Source: Candidatus Cloacimonadota bacterium (GTDB lineage: Bacteria > Cloacimonadota > Cloacimonadia > Cloacimonadales > TCS61). Taken from it: DNA of 64,000 nucleotides. The translations under genes were made by a program, and so were the position numbers. The notes under the pieces are model-generated. The model searched no databases, was not told where the DNA came from, and saw nothing but the letters and a program-made list of their open reading frames with translations. Below are positions 43,970 to 55,300 of the stretch, one piece after another (positions within the stretch are counted from its first letter, which is position 1; each line of letters begins with the position of its first letter). The stretch is taken from NCBI GenBank assembly GCA_034660955.1, contig JAYEKK010000226.1, positions 1,966 through 65,965 of the forward strand, given 5' to 3'.

Positions 43970-46564
43970 CTATTTCAACATTAACATTTTCTTCATTATT
44001 GTATCATCTTTAGTTGATAATTTATAGAAGTATATTCCTGATGAAACACTCTTTTCATTGCTGTCTTTTCCATTCCAAACTGTTTCATATGATCCTGCTA
44101 ACTGCTCTCCTTTAACAAGGGTTTTTACAAGTTGCCCCTTGATGTTGTAAATGCCGATCTCAACCATACCATCATCTGGAAGAGAATAAGCAATTGTTGT
44201 AGTTGGATTGAAAGGATTAGGATAGTTCGAAGTTGAAAGTTTAACTGGTAAATTATCAGACTGATCTCCACGGAAAGAGACATAATAACATTCCTGCTTG
44301 TCTTTCAAATCAATTTTCGTTGTCTCCCGATAACCGGTTTCCGGTTCGTAAACTAAATACTCCTTGTAATTTGTGTTTACTCCTCTGCTGCCATACGAAA
44401 ATTCAAATTCCAGAGTTCCGCCCTGAGAACCGGTTATATAGGCACAAATATTTGCCAGAGTATCTTGAACCACAGTAGCTCCTTTGCATTCACCATCAAG
44501 CAAAACACCGATCTCTTCAGGCATATTTTCTGGATCCAAGTCTATGTATATAGGGATGTAATCTGCTTCTTCCGTGTAGGAAAAGCTTTGGGGTTCTTCG
44601 ATAATAAACGGTTCGCTTGGTGTATTATTTGCCCATGAGAAATTTGGGATGTCTCTCACACACCAAACTACTACCATATCTCCCGGATTCAGGGTATTAG
44701 AAATATCTGGCCAAGGGCTGCTTACTGACCAGTGTTGTGTTTGTATTAGATAAATATTATCGAGATGATCGGCAAAAGCATCATAAACATGCTGGGAATT
44801 TTCCAAAAAGTAACCGATCCAGTTACCTACCGGCATTTCAGCAAGTACAGGGAATATAGTCGTATATTTACATCGGAAACCGGAGACTTCTATCTGATCT
44901 GATTCTGACTCCATTTTCACTTTAAAACCATCAGGACTAATCACTTCATAATCTCCATTTTGCCAATTTGGATAGGAATATGAAAAATTGGTTTCTTCTT
45001 GTAGACCATAATCTATACTGTTTTCTATGGGACCCCATAATTCATCAATCCTATTTGTTGTTGCAGCTTCAAAGATATCCAGAATATCAAATGAGAGCCA
45101 TGTCCAACCATCATGTGCACCATTTATCCCTTCGAATTCATAGGTTTTCATATCATGATCTTTATAATATGCACCCATATCTACGCGAGAACCGTCTGGA
45201 TCTGAAGGACTACTCGGATCACCAGTATTTATACAGGGAGATTTTTGGGTTTCTGTCCAACTAAGAGAAAATTCATAATTTAAAGGTTCTTCGAATAGAG
45301 GATCTTCATTAATGTTATTAGTTCCTACTGTTAAAGGCAAATCTGAGTAGCTTATTGTCGTTATACTCGGATTATAGTTCTCAAAGGTAATCCCGTTATC
45401 CCATAAGATGCTATTACTGATTAAAACCTCATTATTAGTTGGCATAGGGATAAAAAATTTAATAGCAACCAAGTTTTGAGTTAATGTGGTTGTAACGATA
45501 CTTGCACTGTTTGCAAGTCTAATTCCATAATTATGATTATCATAGATAACACAATCAATAATCTTTATCAAAACATAATGATAAGTTGAAGTGGTTAAAT
45601 CTACAATTCCATTATAATTATCAAAAATATTGCAATTTTCAATAACTACATTTGATGTTAAGTTGTTTTGAATAGCAGAAGCTCCATTGTTATAGATATC
45701 ACAATCATTAACATAATTCATTGCTCCATCAAAATTACTTATCCCATGATGATCATTATCATAAATAGAACAATCTGAGATAGTTCCTGATGAAAGAAAA
45801 TTGTTAATTCCCATATCATCATTATTATATATTTCACAATTCATAATATTGAAAATAGACATTTCATTGGTTATACCATCTACGTTATTAGCATATATAG
45901 AACAATCTAAAATATTAATTTCAGCATTAATACTTTTGATACCGTAGTCATTAGAAAATATATTGTTGTCATAAATAATAGGATTACATTCTGAGGGCTG
46001 AATAATTCCTCCATTAGCATAAATACCCTTTGTGTTATTATTAATAAAATTAGAATAAATATTTGGATAAGTATCCTCATAACAAACTATTCCACTAGAA
46101 GAATTATTAGAAATTTCATTATTGCAAATATCCGGTGAAGCGGAATTTCCCCTAATATAAATCCCGTCATCATTATATTGTATTTTACAATTTTGGATTA
46201 TAGGAGATCCTTGAGGACCAACTTTTATACCCATGACTCCATCCTGGATCGTGAAACCATTTATCTCAGCATAACTCTCACCCAAAATAAAATTTACAAC
46301 TCCATATGTGTTTGAGCTTGAGTCTGATATAATTGTATTCTCGACAATTGCTGAATTAGCCTTAACCAAAATGTTTTTACCAAGGAAATTTATTAGCTCA
46401 TTATAAGTACCTTCATAGACTTCTATTACGTCATCATCAACAACAAAATCTATAGCAGCTTGGATCGTAGTAAAATCTCCTGTACCATCTTGTTTAACTG
46501 TGTATGTAGTTGAAAATAACATTGAGGTTATAATCAACATTATTAGTATTAAAATCTTTTTCAT
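43970..46564 (-). CDS. secreted right-handed beta-helix repeat protein with a T9SS-type C-terminal domain
   Basis: Signal peptide, then about 12 beta-helix repeats (CKIQYNDDGIY, CNNEISNNSSSGI, CSIYANNVDGI, CEIYNNDDMGI, CSIYDNDHHGI, CDIYNNGASAI, CNIFDNYNGI, CVIYDNHNYGI). CTD reads NYPNPFNPTTTIAYSLPDDGMVEIGIYNIKGQLV...SGIYFYKL. Confidence 0.8.
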   Translation of the reverse strand: MKKILILIMLIITSMLFSTTYTVKQDGTGDFTTIQAAIDFVVDDDVIEVYEGTYNELINFLGKNILVKANSAIVENTIISDSSSNTYGVVNFILGESYAEINGFTIQDGVMGIKVGPQGSPIIQNCKIQYNDDGIYIRGNSASPDICNNEISNNSSSGIVCYEDTYPNIYSNFINNNTKGIYANGGIIQPSECNPIIYDNNIFSNDYGIKSINAEINILDCSIYANNVDGITNEMSIFNIMNCEIYNNDDMGINNFLSSGTISDCSIYDNDHHGISNFDGAMNYVNDCDIYNNGASAIQNNLTSNVVIENCNIFDNYNGIVDLTTSTYHYVLIKIIDCVIYDNHNYGIRLANSASIVTTTLTQNLVAIKFFIPMPTNNEVLISNSILWDNGITFENYNPSITTISYSDLPLTVGTNNINEDPLFEEPLNYEFSLSWTETQKSPCINTGDPSSPSDPDGSRVDMGAYYKDHDMKTYEFEGINGAHDGWTWLSFDILDIFEAATTNRIDELWGPIENSIDYGLQEETNFSYSYPNWQNGDYEVISPDGFKVKMESESDQIEVSGFRCKYTTIFPVLAEMPVGNWIGYFLENSQHVYDAFADHLDNIYLIQTQHWSVSSPWPDISNTLNPGDMVVVWCVRDIPNFSWANNTPSEPFIIEEPQSFSYTEEADYIPIYIDLDPENMPEEIGVLLDGECKGATVVQDTLANICAYITGSQGGTLEFEFSYGSRGVNTNYKEYLVYEPETGYRETTKIDLKDKQECYYVSFRGDQSDNLPVKLSTSNYPNPFNPTTTIAYSLPDDGMVEIGIYNIKGQLVKTLVKGEQLAGSYETVWNGKDSNEKSVSSGIYFYKLSTKDDTIMKKMLMLK

Positions 46565-47336
46565 TTTATCTCCATGTATTTATTTTTATTTTCATTTCAA
46601 TTTTATTTGTCAATTTCTTTTATTTCTCTACAAAAACTCTTTCCAATTCACCCTCTCCAATCACTCAGAGAGGATTTGTCCGAATAAACTTATTTTTACC
46701 AATGTAGAATATGTAATTAGCATTACAAAATCTACTTTCTAAAACTGTTAAGTTACTTTTTTCTGTAAAGAGTAAAATTATTATGTAATTAATTTTTTTC
46801 AGTATATTTTTCTTATTTTCAATTAACAACTTTCATTCCTTTTTAGATATATTTGTCCCTTTAAATATATATGTCGGAAATCTTCAAATTGTGACGAAGC
46901 CACTCAGAAAAAATATTTGTATGTAAGGTTTAAATAATTTATTACTGCCTTAACAGATTTATTTACAAACAGTTAGAATACGGAATGGAATGTGTAAAAA
47001 AATTGAAAAAAATGGATTATTTTAGTTTTAGTAAAAATATTAACTGTAGGGTTAACATATAGTAATAGGTTTTACTTCTCATCATCATAAAAAAGTAGAA
47101 TACAAACTCTGGAGATTTCTTTCACTAACTGTTCCTAAATATTATAGTTTCAATTTCGGAGCATTCGGTGTTTTCGGTGTTCAATATTTCTATAACAAAC
47201 CACTTAGATCTTTCTATAAGTAATCCTATATAAATTTTCCTTGCCATAATTACCCGATATTTTTTTTTAACTTTCTCGATTGCATATAGTTAGATTATAA
47301 TATTGTGATCGACAGCAAAAATGGTTGGGAGAAAGT

Positions 47337-47897
47337 ATGGTAGGAACATCGGATATCAGGAATGGGTTGATAATAAGATTTAAACATGGCCTGTATGAGA
47401 TCGTTGAATTTCAGCACGTAAAACCAGGTAAAGGCGCAGCTTTTGTGCGCACTAAACTAAAAAATGTAGAAACCGGCAAAGTAATAGACAACACTTTCCG
47501 AACCAGTGAAAAATTAGAAGACATAAGAGTTGATAAAGAAAAAAAAGAATATCTCTATTTTGATGGAACTTTTTATGTTTTCATGGATACTGAAAGCTAT
47601 GAGCAGATGCAGGTTTCTGCAGACGTTATCGGAGACCTTGATAAATTTCTTATAGAAAACATGACGGTTGCCATGAAGTTTGATCCTGATAAAAATATTC
47701 TAGGAATTGAATTACCAACAACTGTGATTCAAGAAATCGCAGACTGTGAACCCAATGTAAAGGGTAATTCTGCTTCGGTTAGCGGCAAAAATGCAACAAC
47801 ATCAACAGGATTAAACATTACTGTTCCTTTCTTTATTGAGATTGGAGATAAAGTTAAAATTGATACTCGTTCTGCTGAGTATATCGAAAGAATTTAA
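47337..47897 (+). CDS. efp: elongation factor P
   Basis: ATG at 47337 after a GGGAGAAAG RBS. Sequence VEFQHVKPGKGAAFVRTKLKN; 186 aa. Confidence 0.95.
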   Translation: MVGTSDIRNGLIIRFKHGLYEIVEFQHVKPGKGAAFVRTKLKNVETGKVIDNTFRTSEKLEDIRVDKEKKEYLYFDGTFYVFMDTESYEQMQVSADVIGDLDKFLIENMTVAMKFDPDKNILGIELPTTVIQEIADCEPNVKGNSASVSGKNATTSTGLNITVPFFIEIGDKVKIDTRSAEYIERI

Positions 47898-47922
47898 TTA
47901 ATATAATTATAAGGAGAGTAAG

Positions 47923-48129
47923 ATGCCAAAAGCAAGATCATTTTCTGCAAAACTTGCTCATGAGATCACTACTGAGGGGAAAACAATTTGCCCAAAGTGT
48001 AACCAGGAAATAAAAAAGGTTAAACTTATCCGTGCTCGTAGCTCCAAAGCTAATTCATGGGCACCTAAGTACGATTTTGTGAATATGTGTAAATGTAACG
48101 AAAAAGATATTTTAACCGGAAAAATATAA
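47923..48129 (+). CDS. small basic zinc-ribbon protein, function unknown
   Basis: AAGGAG RBS. CPKC...CKC four-Cys arrangement; 68 aa. Confidence 0.5.
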   Translation: MPKARSFSAKLAHEITTEGKTICPKCNQEIKKVKLIRARSSKANSWAPKYDFVNMCKCNEKDILTGKI

Positions 48130-48161
48130 ACGTTATTTATTTTAAGTTTAGTTAAAAAAAC

Positions 48162-48207
48162 AACACTTGCCCCTCTTGTCTTTGCCGATAGGAGGGTGTT
48201 TGTGTTT
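48162..48207 (+). terminator. possible Rho-independent terminator
   Basis: AACAC..CCCTC / GAGGGTGTT imperfect stem followed by TGTTTGTGTTT. Confidence 0.35.
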
Positions 48208-48224
48208 AAGAATAGGATGATAAA

Positions 48225-51200
48225 ATGAAAAGATCGATTCTAATAATTCTTGCTGTATGCATTATCAGTCCATTTCTCTTTGCAATGCCGCCGATACCGG
48301 GAAAAACGGACAACAATAATTATAAAATATATCCTTCAGAAAAATACGGTAAAAAAAACTCATTTTTCCGAGAGGAACTTCCTCAAAATATTTTAGCAAT
48401 TATGGTGCAATTCAGTGATATTACTTTCGATCTTGTGCCGGACTACCCCGATTCACTTGCTCATGACAAGGAATATTTTGAACGCCTCTTTTTCCACCTT
48501 GCTTCCTTTTATGCTGATGCTTCTCATGGAAATTATGTACTCACGGAAAACAACTACACAGTTTGGGATGATGTTATTACTCTCACTCAACCAATGGCAT
48601 ATTACGGTGATAATGAGTTACAGATCGAGCGTATTTGTGAATTCACACAGGAAACCGTACAGCAAATTGATGATCAGATAGATTTTAACGATTACGATGC
48701 AATCATTCTTATTCATGCCGGAGCTGGTGAAGAAGCAGCTCCAATTGGAGAAAATGAAGATCAGATAAGCAGCACATTTCTATCACGCCGTTCTCTACAA
48801 GCTGGATTAGATCCGGAGAATGATGACTTCCCAGGGATTGAAACAAATGATGGATTGTATCTTACTGAGTTTGTAATTATACCGGAAACAGAGTGGCAGC
48901 CGAATTCCGTACCAAATGAAGATCCTATCTACGGAATTTTTGGTGTTATCACTCATCAATTTGGACATCAGATCGGGTTACCAACTCTTTTTGATAACGA
49001 TAGTTCCAATGGGCGTTCATACGGGATTGGCGGTTTTGGCGTGATGGGAACAGGTGTTTGGAATGCAAGTGGGTTTGTTCCTCCTTTGCCGTGTGCCTGG
49101 TCACGTTACTATCTTGGTTGGGAAGATGACAACATCGTAGAAATAAATTCTTCTTTCGAAAACTTGTCGCTTGTTTTCCCAATGGCAGAAGATGATGATA
49201 CCCCTAAACTTTATAAGATAAATATTTCTGAGAGTGAATACTTTTTAATTGAGAATAGGCAACAAAATCCAGACGGAAGCTTTTTCATAAATACTGATGG
49301 AGATACACTTGCTACTTTTACCTTTGAAACTATCGCAGGTCAAAACGTCTATCCTCCCGGACACGCTTATGCCGGACAACCAAAATTCAGTTTTATGGAT
49401 AATTCTTATGCCGGTTGTGAATGGGATTTTTATCTACCGGGTTTCGGATTTGGTGATACCCCTGAAAACGATGGTTCCGGAATTCTCATCTGGCATATCG
49501 ATGAAAATATTATTAATGAAAATTTCACTCCCGATTTTGAAGTTCATTCTGTAAACGGCGACGCTTCTCATAAAGGTGTTGATCTGGAAGAGGCTGACGG
49601 GATACAACAACTTGATTCTACACTTCATGGGTACAGCAGTTTCTATGGCTCAAAAGATGATTCCTACAGAGAAGGAAATAATACTTATTTCGGGAAAAAC
49701 TATCACAATGATATTTTTTCAACTCCAATAGCGGATAGTTATTATGGTGGAATTCCACTTTGGATAACCAACATCAGCAGTTCTGATTCTATAATGACCT
49801 TTTCGGTAGAATATGAGTGGGCGCTTAATGCCTTTTTTCTTGGAGAAAATCCGTATTCTGCTGCTACATTAGATTTTGATGGTGATGATGGTGAGAATGA
49901 AATGTTTTATCTGATGCCGAATGGAAAAATGTGTTTATGGGAAGATGATGAACTTTATCCTGATTTTCCACCATACGTTTTGATCAATTCACAGGTTTGT
50001 AATTATTTTGCATTTGACGAACAAACAAGAAGTATTCTCATTCCTAGCAAATCTGCCAATAACAGCACAGCATTTTTATTCCGAATAAATAAAGATTTAG
50101 AAAATTATCAGGAACACATTCTATTACCGCTTGAACGAAGCTGGGCAGCATCTCCGGTTGTAAATCCTGATGAAGACAGCGAAAACAGAGTGTTCATTCC
50201 GTTGCATGATAATAATTCTACAGGTAGCGAGATCATTCTTTTAAATAGCGATTACGAAATAATTGAGACTTTGAACTTTCCAGAGCATATTGCCTCTAAC
50301 TTAATGTACAAAAATAATAATTTATATTTTATTGATAATAATTGGATTGTACATAAGATCACTCTTCCAGGTTATGAACTTGAAGAATTCCCGTTAGATA
50401 TAGATGTAACACTTTACCCCAAAATTTCATCTGCCCTGCTTGTAGATATCGATCTAGATGATTCTGATGATTTCATTATCACTGCCGGAGATTCTATCCT
50501 TTACGTTTTCGATGCTACCGGAAATAACCTAGATGGATTCCCAAAAGAAATTCCACTTCATTCAACTGCTGTTCCATCCATCAGTGATATTGATAATAAT
50601 GGTTACCCGGAAATATTGATAGGTGGCGAAAATACATTTGCCATATTCAACAAAAACGGTGATGTCTCCAAACCAAGTAATGAGCTTACCGATCCCGATT
50701 CTTCTTTTATTGCTTCAGGCATTATCGCTTTGAATATAGATGATGATGATGAAAAAGAGATACTAGGGAACATGTCCCGCAACAGATTTTGTGTGTGGGA
50801 TAATGTTAATTTTAATGATTTTGAATTAAACAGAAACTACAATATTTCGTTTGGCAGCCGCAGTTTGAATTATCCGTTGATCTCTGCTTATTTAGATACA
50901 GGAATAGATGTATTTATTCCTTCCAATAATGGTACGATTTACAGAGCAGGCATCACTGCCACTCAAGCAGATATAGATGCAGAAATATGGCAAGTAGAAT
51001 ATGCTAATCTTCAAAGAACAGCATCATTGCTTGTTCCGTCCGGAGAATCACCAGAAAACGGGAACAAGGTTTTCAATGTAGCTCAAACATATTTTTATCC
51101 AAATCCTTTGAGTACAACTTTTAATAAAGCCGTAAATTATCATTCTCAAATTCCTGATGAGACAATAATTTTACGGATCGAAACATATCAAAATGTTGAT

Positions 51201-51380
51201 GTAAAAATAAAAATATTTGACATCGCAGCTAATATAATCTATAGAAACACCAGTTCTTGTGAAGTAGGATTTGATAACAAAATAAATATTGATGCATCGG
51301 ATCTGTCATCTGGTGTTTATTTTGCAATATTGAGTGCAAAGGGGAAGATTCTAAAATTAAAATTTGCTATAGAAAAATAG
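48225..51380 (+). CDS. M6 (immune inhibitor A)-like domain protein with an HQxxH variant motif, FG-GAP/VCBS-like repeats and a T9SS-type CTD
   Basis: Signal peptide. GVITHQFGHQIGLPTLFD aligns to the M6 pattern HEFGH.LGLPDLYD. Also DIDNNGYPEILIGG. C-terminus reads FYPNPLS...SGVYFAIL. Confidence 0.75.
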   Translation: MKRSILIILAVCIISPFLFAMPPIPGKTDNNNYKIYPSEKYGKKNSFFREELPQNILAIMVQFSDITFDLVPDYPDSLAHDKEYFERLFFHLASFYADASHGNYVLTENNYTVWDDVITLTQPMAYYGDNELQIERICEFTQETVQQIDDQIDFNDYDAIILIHAGAGEEAAPIGENEDQISSTFLSRRSLQAGLDPENDDFPGIETNDGLYLTEFVIIPETEWQPNSVPNEDPIYGIFGVITHQFGHQIGLPTLFDNDSSNGRSYGIGGFGVMGTGVWNASGFVPPLPCAWSRYYLGWEDDNIVEINSSFENLSLVFPMAEDDDTPKLYKINISESEYFLIENRQQNPDGSFFINTDGDTLATFTFETIAGQNVYPPGHAYAGQPKFSFMDNSYAGCEWDFYLPGFGFGDTPENDGSGILIWHIDENIINENFTPDFEVHSVNGDASHKGVDLEEADGIQQLDSTLHGYSSFYGSKDDSYREGNNTYFGKNYHNDIFSTPIADSYYGGIPLWITNISSSDSIMTFSVEYEWALNAFFLGENPYSAATLDFDGDDGENEMFYLMPNGKMCLWEDDELYPDFPPYVLINSQVCNYFAFDEQTRSILIPSKSANNSTAFLFRINKDLENYQEHILLPLERSWAASPVVNPDEDSENRVFIPLHDNNSTGSEIILLNSDYEIIETLNFPEHIASNLMYKNNNLYFIDNNWIVHKITLPGYELEEFPLDIDVTLYPKISSALLVDIDLDDSDDFIITAGDSILYVFDATGNNLDGFPKEIPLHSTAVPSISDIDNNGYPEILIGGENTFAIFNKNGDVSKPSNELTDPDSSFIASGIIALNIDDDDEKEILGNMSRNRFCVWDNVNFNDFELNRNYNISFGSRSLNYPLISAYLDTGIDVFIPSNNGTIYRAGITATQADIDAEIWQVEYANLQRTASLLVPSGESPENGNKVFNVAQTYFYPNPLSTTFNKAVNYHSQIPDETIILRIETYQNVDVKIKIFDIAANIIYRNTSSCEVGFDNKINIDASDLSSGVYFAILSAKGKILKLKFAIEK

Positions 51381-51421
51381 CTTAGTTTTTCGATATAATA
51401 AGTTTATTTGATTTTGATACA

Positions 51422-52339
51422 GTGGAGGAAAAATTGTTAAGAATATATAAAATATTGATGATCCTGATCATCTTCAGTTTAGTTGTAATGCTTTCTGCAG
51501 AAACCAGTGGAGAATATGGTTTTCAGTTACTCAAAATAGCTTCAGGACCGGAAGGAGCTGCACAAGCAGGAACAGGAGCATTTTCTTCAGGTGAAGCTTA
51601 TGCATTTATGTTAAACCCAACAGCCGGATTATTTGCTAAACAAAGAGTTATCTCTATAGCACAGAATTATTGGATATTTGATACAAAATTGAATAGTGCC
51701 GGATATATTAATACAAACGGTAAATCTTCATTTGGAGTTGCTTACCGTTACCTGGATTACGGCAAGCTTGAGAACAGAACTGATACGGGAGAACTTATCG
51801 GTGAGTTTCATCCGATGGATCTAATATTCTCTCTTAATTTTGGCTACAGAATTACTCCAAACCAATATGCCGGAATTAATGTAAATGCACTTTACGAAAA
51901 AATCGATACTGCCTCTAGTTATGGATATACCTTTGATCTTGGCTACACTTACCTTTCCTTAATACAAGGACAGAAATTTAGTGCTGCCATAAAAAATCTG
52001 GGGCAAACTTCTGCAATGGAAAACGAAACAATTGATCTTCCAATTTCTTTTGAACTAGGAGTTACCCAAGAATTTGCTATTAATAATATAAAACTCTCCA
52101 GTGAAATGAAGATGATAAGACATATTGATGATGACGAATTTAGGGCAGTGCTTGGAACAAAGATGGAATTAAATAAGATCTTGGATTTTAAATTGGGCTA
52201 TAAACTAAATTTCGATGCAGAAAGCTTTACTGCCGGTTTTGGTATTAATTTAAAGAAAATATCTATCGATTATGCATACGTACCATTCGAGTATAATGTT
52301 GACGATGTGCATGTAATAGGGTTATCATATAAATTCTAA
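51422..52339 (+). CDS. PorV/PorQ-like outer-membrane beta-barrel protein (start may be the TTG at 51434, after GGAGG)
   Basis: Signal peptide. FQLLKIASGPEGAAQAGTGAFSSGEAYAFMLNPTAGL matches the FL.I..gaRa.a.GgA......a...NPAGL pattern of T9SS PorV/PorQ-type barrels. Alternating beta-strand pattern, terminal F. Confidence 0.55.
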   Translation: MEEKLLRIYKILMILIIFSLVVMLSAETSGEYGFQLLKIASGPEGAAQAGTGAFSSGEAYAFMLNPTAGLFAKQRVISIAQNYWIFDTKLNSAGYINTNGKSSFGVAYRYLDYGKLENRTDTGELIGEFHPMDLIFSLNFGYRITPNQYAGINVNALYEKIDTASSYGYTFDLGYTYLSLIQGQKFSAAIKNLGQTSAMENETIDLPISFELGVTQEFAINNIKLSSEMKMIRHIDDDEFRAVLGTKMELNKILDFKLGYKLNFDAESFTAGFGINLKKISIDYAYVPFEYNVDDVHVIGLSYKF

Positions 52340-52351
52340 TGAGGTGGTCTT

Positions 52352-55300
52352 ATGAAGTTGGGTTGGAACATAATTCTCATAATGACAATTTCCTTTTCTC
52401 TTTATGGAATGGAATATGTTCCCAATCAGCTTATATTTAAAACTACTTCCCAAAAACAGATAAATAATAAAACGATCGGTCTGGAAAATTTTGATAATTT
52501 TCTTGCCGATAGAGATATTGATAATTTAAAATCTATCCTGCCAAAATCGGATAACAAATATTTTGTAGCTACCTTTCCAAATGATATCAACTGGGATAAT
52601 ATCAAGAATTACCAGTTCGATGGAATTGAATATTTCCAACCTAACTATCTAAATGAATTCTATCTGCATCCCAATGATCCCGAGTTCACTAATCAACAGG
52701 TACATCTTGATAATTGTAATATTCCTCAAAGTTGGGACTACACAGTTGGCAACGAACAGATCATTGTTGGTATTGTTGATTCCGGTCTTCATTTTGATCA
52801 TCCTGATCTGCAGAATAATATTTTTGTTAACCAGGATGAAATACCGGATGACGGCATTGATAATGATGAAAATGGTTATATTGATGATGTTAACGGTTGG
52901 GATTTTGTAGATGCCCCGGAACTTAGCAGTATCGCATTGGGAGATTATCTACAACAAGATAATGATCCTAGTGACGAGCTAAGTCATGGAACTCATGTTG
53001 CCGGCATAATTTCTGCAGATACCAATAACGAAGAGGGCGTGAGCGGTATTTCATGGAATTCTAAATTACTAATTGTTCGCTCTGGCTTCAAAACCCTGAA
53101 CGGCGGTTATCTTCAAGATGACGATGCAGCTGCAGGTATAATATATGCTGCCGATATGGGAGCTGACGTGATAAACCTTAGCTGGGGAGATACAAATTAT
53201 TCCCAGATAATTGCCGATGCCTGTTATTATGCCTATAACATGGGAAGCATTATTGTAGTTGCTGCCGGCAATGAAGGAGCTACCGCAGAACATCAAGTTG
53301 TCTATCCTGCTCAACTTTCAACAACTCTCGCCATTGGTGCGGTTGATAGATATAAGAACCTTGCTTCCTTCTCTAGTTATGGACCTCAAATCGATATTGT
53401 GGCACCGGGACAGATTGTTTTAAGTACTTTTAATACTTCTCCTGAAGATCTTTATAAAGAGCAATCAGGCACTTCTATGGCAGCTCCTTTTGTAAGTGGT
53501 GCAATTGCGCTTCTATTATCAGTAGAGCCCGGTCTGAATTTTTCAGAGGTCCGAGGACGTCTTATATCTTCTGCTGATGATCTCGGTGAAGAAGGTTTCG
53601 ACTATATCTTTGGGAACGGACTTCTGGATGCTTATTCATTACTTACTCATGTTTCCTACCCCGTAATAGAGATAACAACGCCTCAAGATAACGCAGGATT
53701 GAATTCAACTTTTGATATTATTGGAACTGTACAGTGTCCCAATTTCTGGCGCTATTCTGTTAAATATACTTCCGAAGAAATGCCGGTATCAACAGATTGG
53801 CACGATGTTGATTCACAAATTGATTACTATTATGACCCGGTAGAAGATGATCTTATCGCACAATTTATAGTTAATGACGATGTATCAGATGATGCATATC
53901 AAATAAAAGTTGAAGTTATAACAGCTGATCATCAGCATTATAACTATTTTAGAACCGTTACAATCGATCAAACTGCACCAGAATTCTATGCGGAATATGC
54001 AGCCTATATGAAGAGATATGCAGCAGAAATTCCGGAATATTATATTCAAGCTCTATTTGATGAAGATGTGAATATTTTTCTCCGGCAACATCCATCAACT
54101 GAATTTCTTCCTCATTTCGGAGATGCAGATTCACTTCAAATAATTAAGGTAGATGCTTTTCCACAAAACGTTCTCATTGATTTGAAAGCTGAAAATCTTT
54201 GCGGTTTAGAAATTATTATTGATAGTGCATATGTATTTGAAACAGATGTCCAAGCTGTTGAAATTCATGGGTTCAACCAGATAGCTATCGGTAATGAACT
54301 TGTCTCTATCCAAAAAACCTATGATTTTGACGGTAATGGAAAAAATGAGCTATTCGCTCTTGAGATAGAAGATGAACTGCAAACATTAAAAATATTTGAA
54401 TTGAACGGTGAAGAGCTTATCACAAAACATGAATTTTCTGCAGTTTTCTGGCCGAATGATATGGGAAATACAAATGAGAGCGGAATGGAGGTTATGGGTA
54501 TTCAACTTGATCGCCCACTTATCCTCGAAACTTCCGGTGGAACATATCCAAGTGAACCGATTTTCGTTGATGAAAATGCCCTTGGTGCCAATTTTGCTGA
54601 TTATGATGATGACGGGATTGACGAAGTTATTCTAGTAAAAAATGAAGATATTGATGGAATTTCACATCGCGTTCTTACGCTTAATCAGAGAAATGGAAAC
54701 GATTTTAACAGAGAAGAATTAATATTTAATACAACACCAACTTCTTTGAAGAATTTCTTCTCAACAAAAGTAGTTTGCGATAAACTGGATAACGATAACT
54801 ATCAGGATATTCTGGCAGCTGATAAAGATGGGGATATCATGATCTTTGAACGGGAATCTGATGATTTTGAAATGGTTTGGAATTACAGATTACCCGTTGG
54901 TAATGCCTACAATCTTTGTTCGGGAGATTTCACCGGAGATGGCGAATCAGAATTTTGTGTAGGCGGTTATAATCAAGATGCATCAGATCCAGCAAGATCA
55001 TTTTCATATTATGAATTCTTCAAAAATACTGGCACAAATAACGAATTTCAATCACTTGATTATCTTGCTTTTTCAGAGATCGATACTAAAAATTCTATCG
55101 CTTCAGCAGATATGAATGGAGATGGAGATGATGAGATCGTGATAGCTGCACCACCCAATATTTATATTATTGATTATATTGACGGACAATTCCAACCGAT
55201 ATGGCAAGGGATTTCGGTGAAAACGAGTTCGAACGTTATTGCCTTCTCCGGCAAGACAGCTTTACAGGATGCTTTTATTATTACAAATATGAAAGATGGC

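Noticed and set aside
46565-47336. Searched the long non-coding gap for a tRNA, tmRNA, SRP/6S RNA or a riboswitch
   Set aside because: There is no cloverleaf-compatible stems, no conserved ncRNA motifs and no relic ORF. Only short direct repeats such as TTCGGTGTT x2 are present. It is kept only as an unexplained gap.
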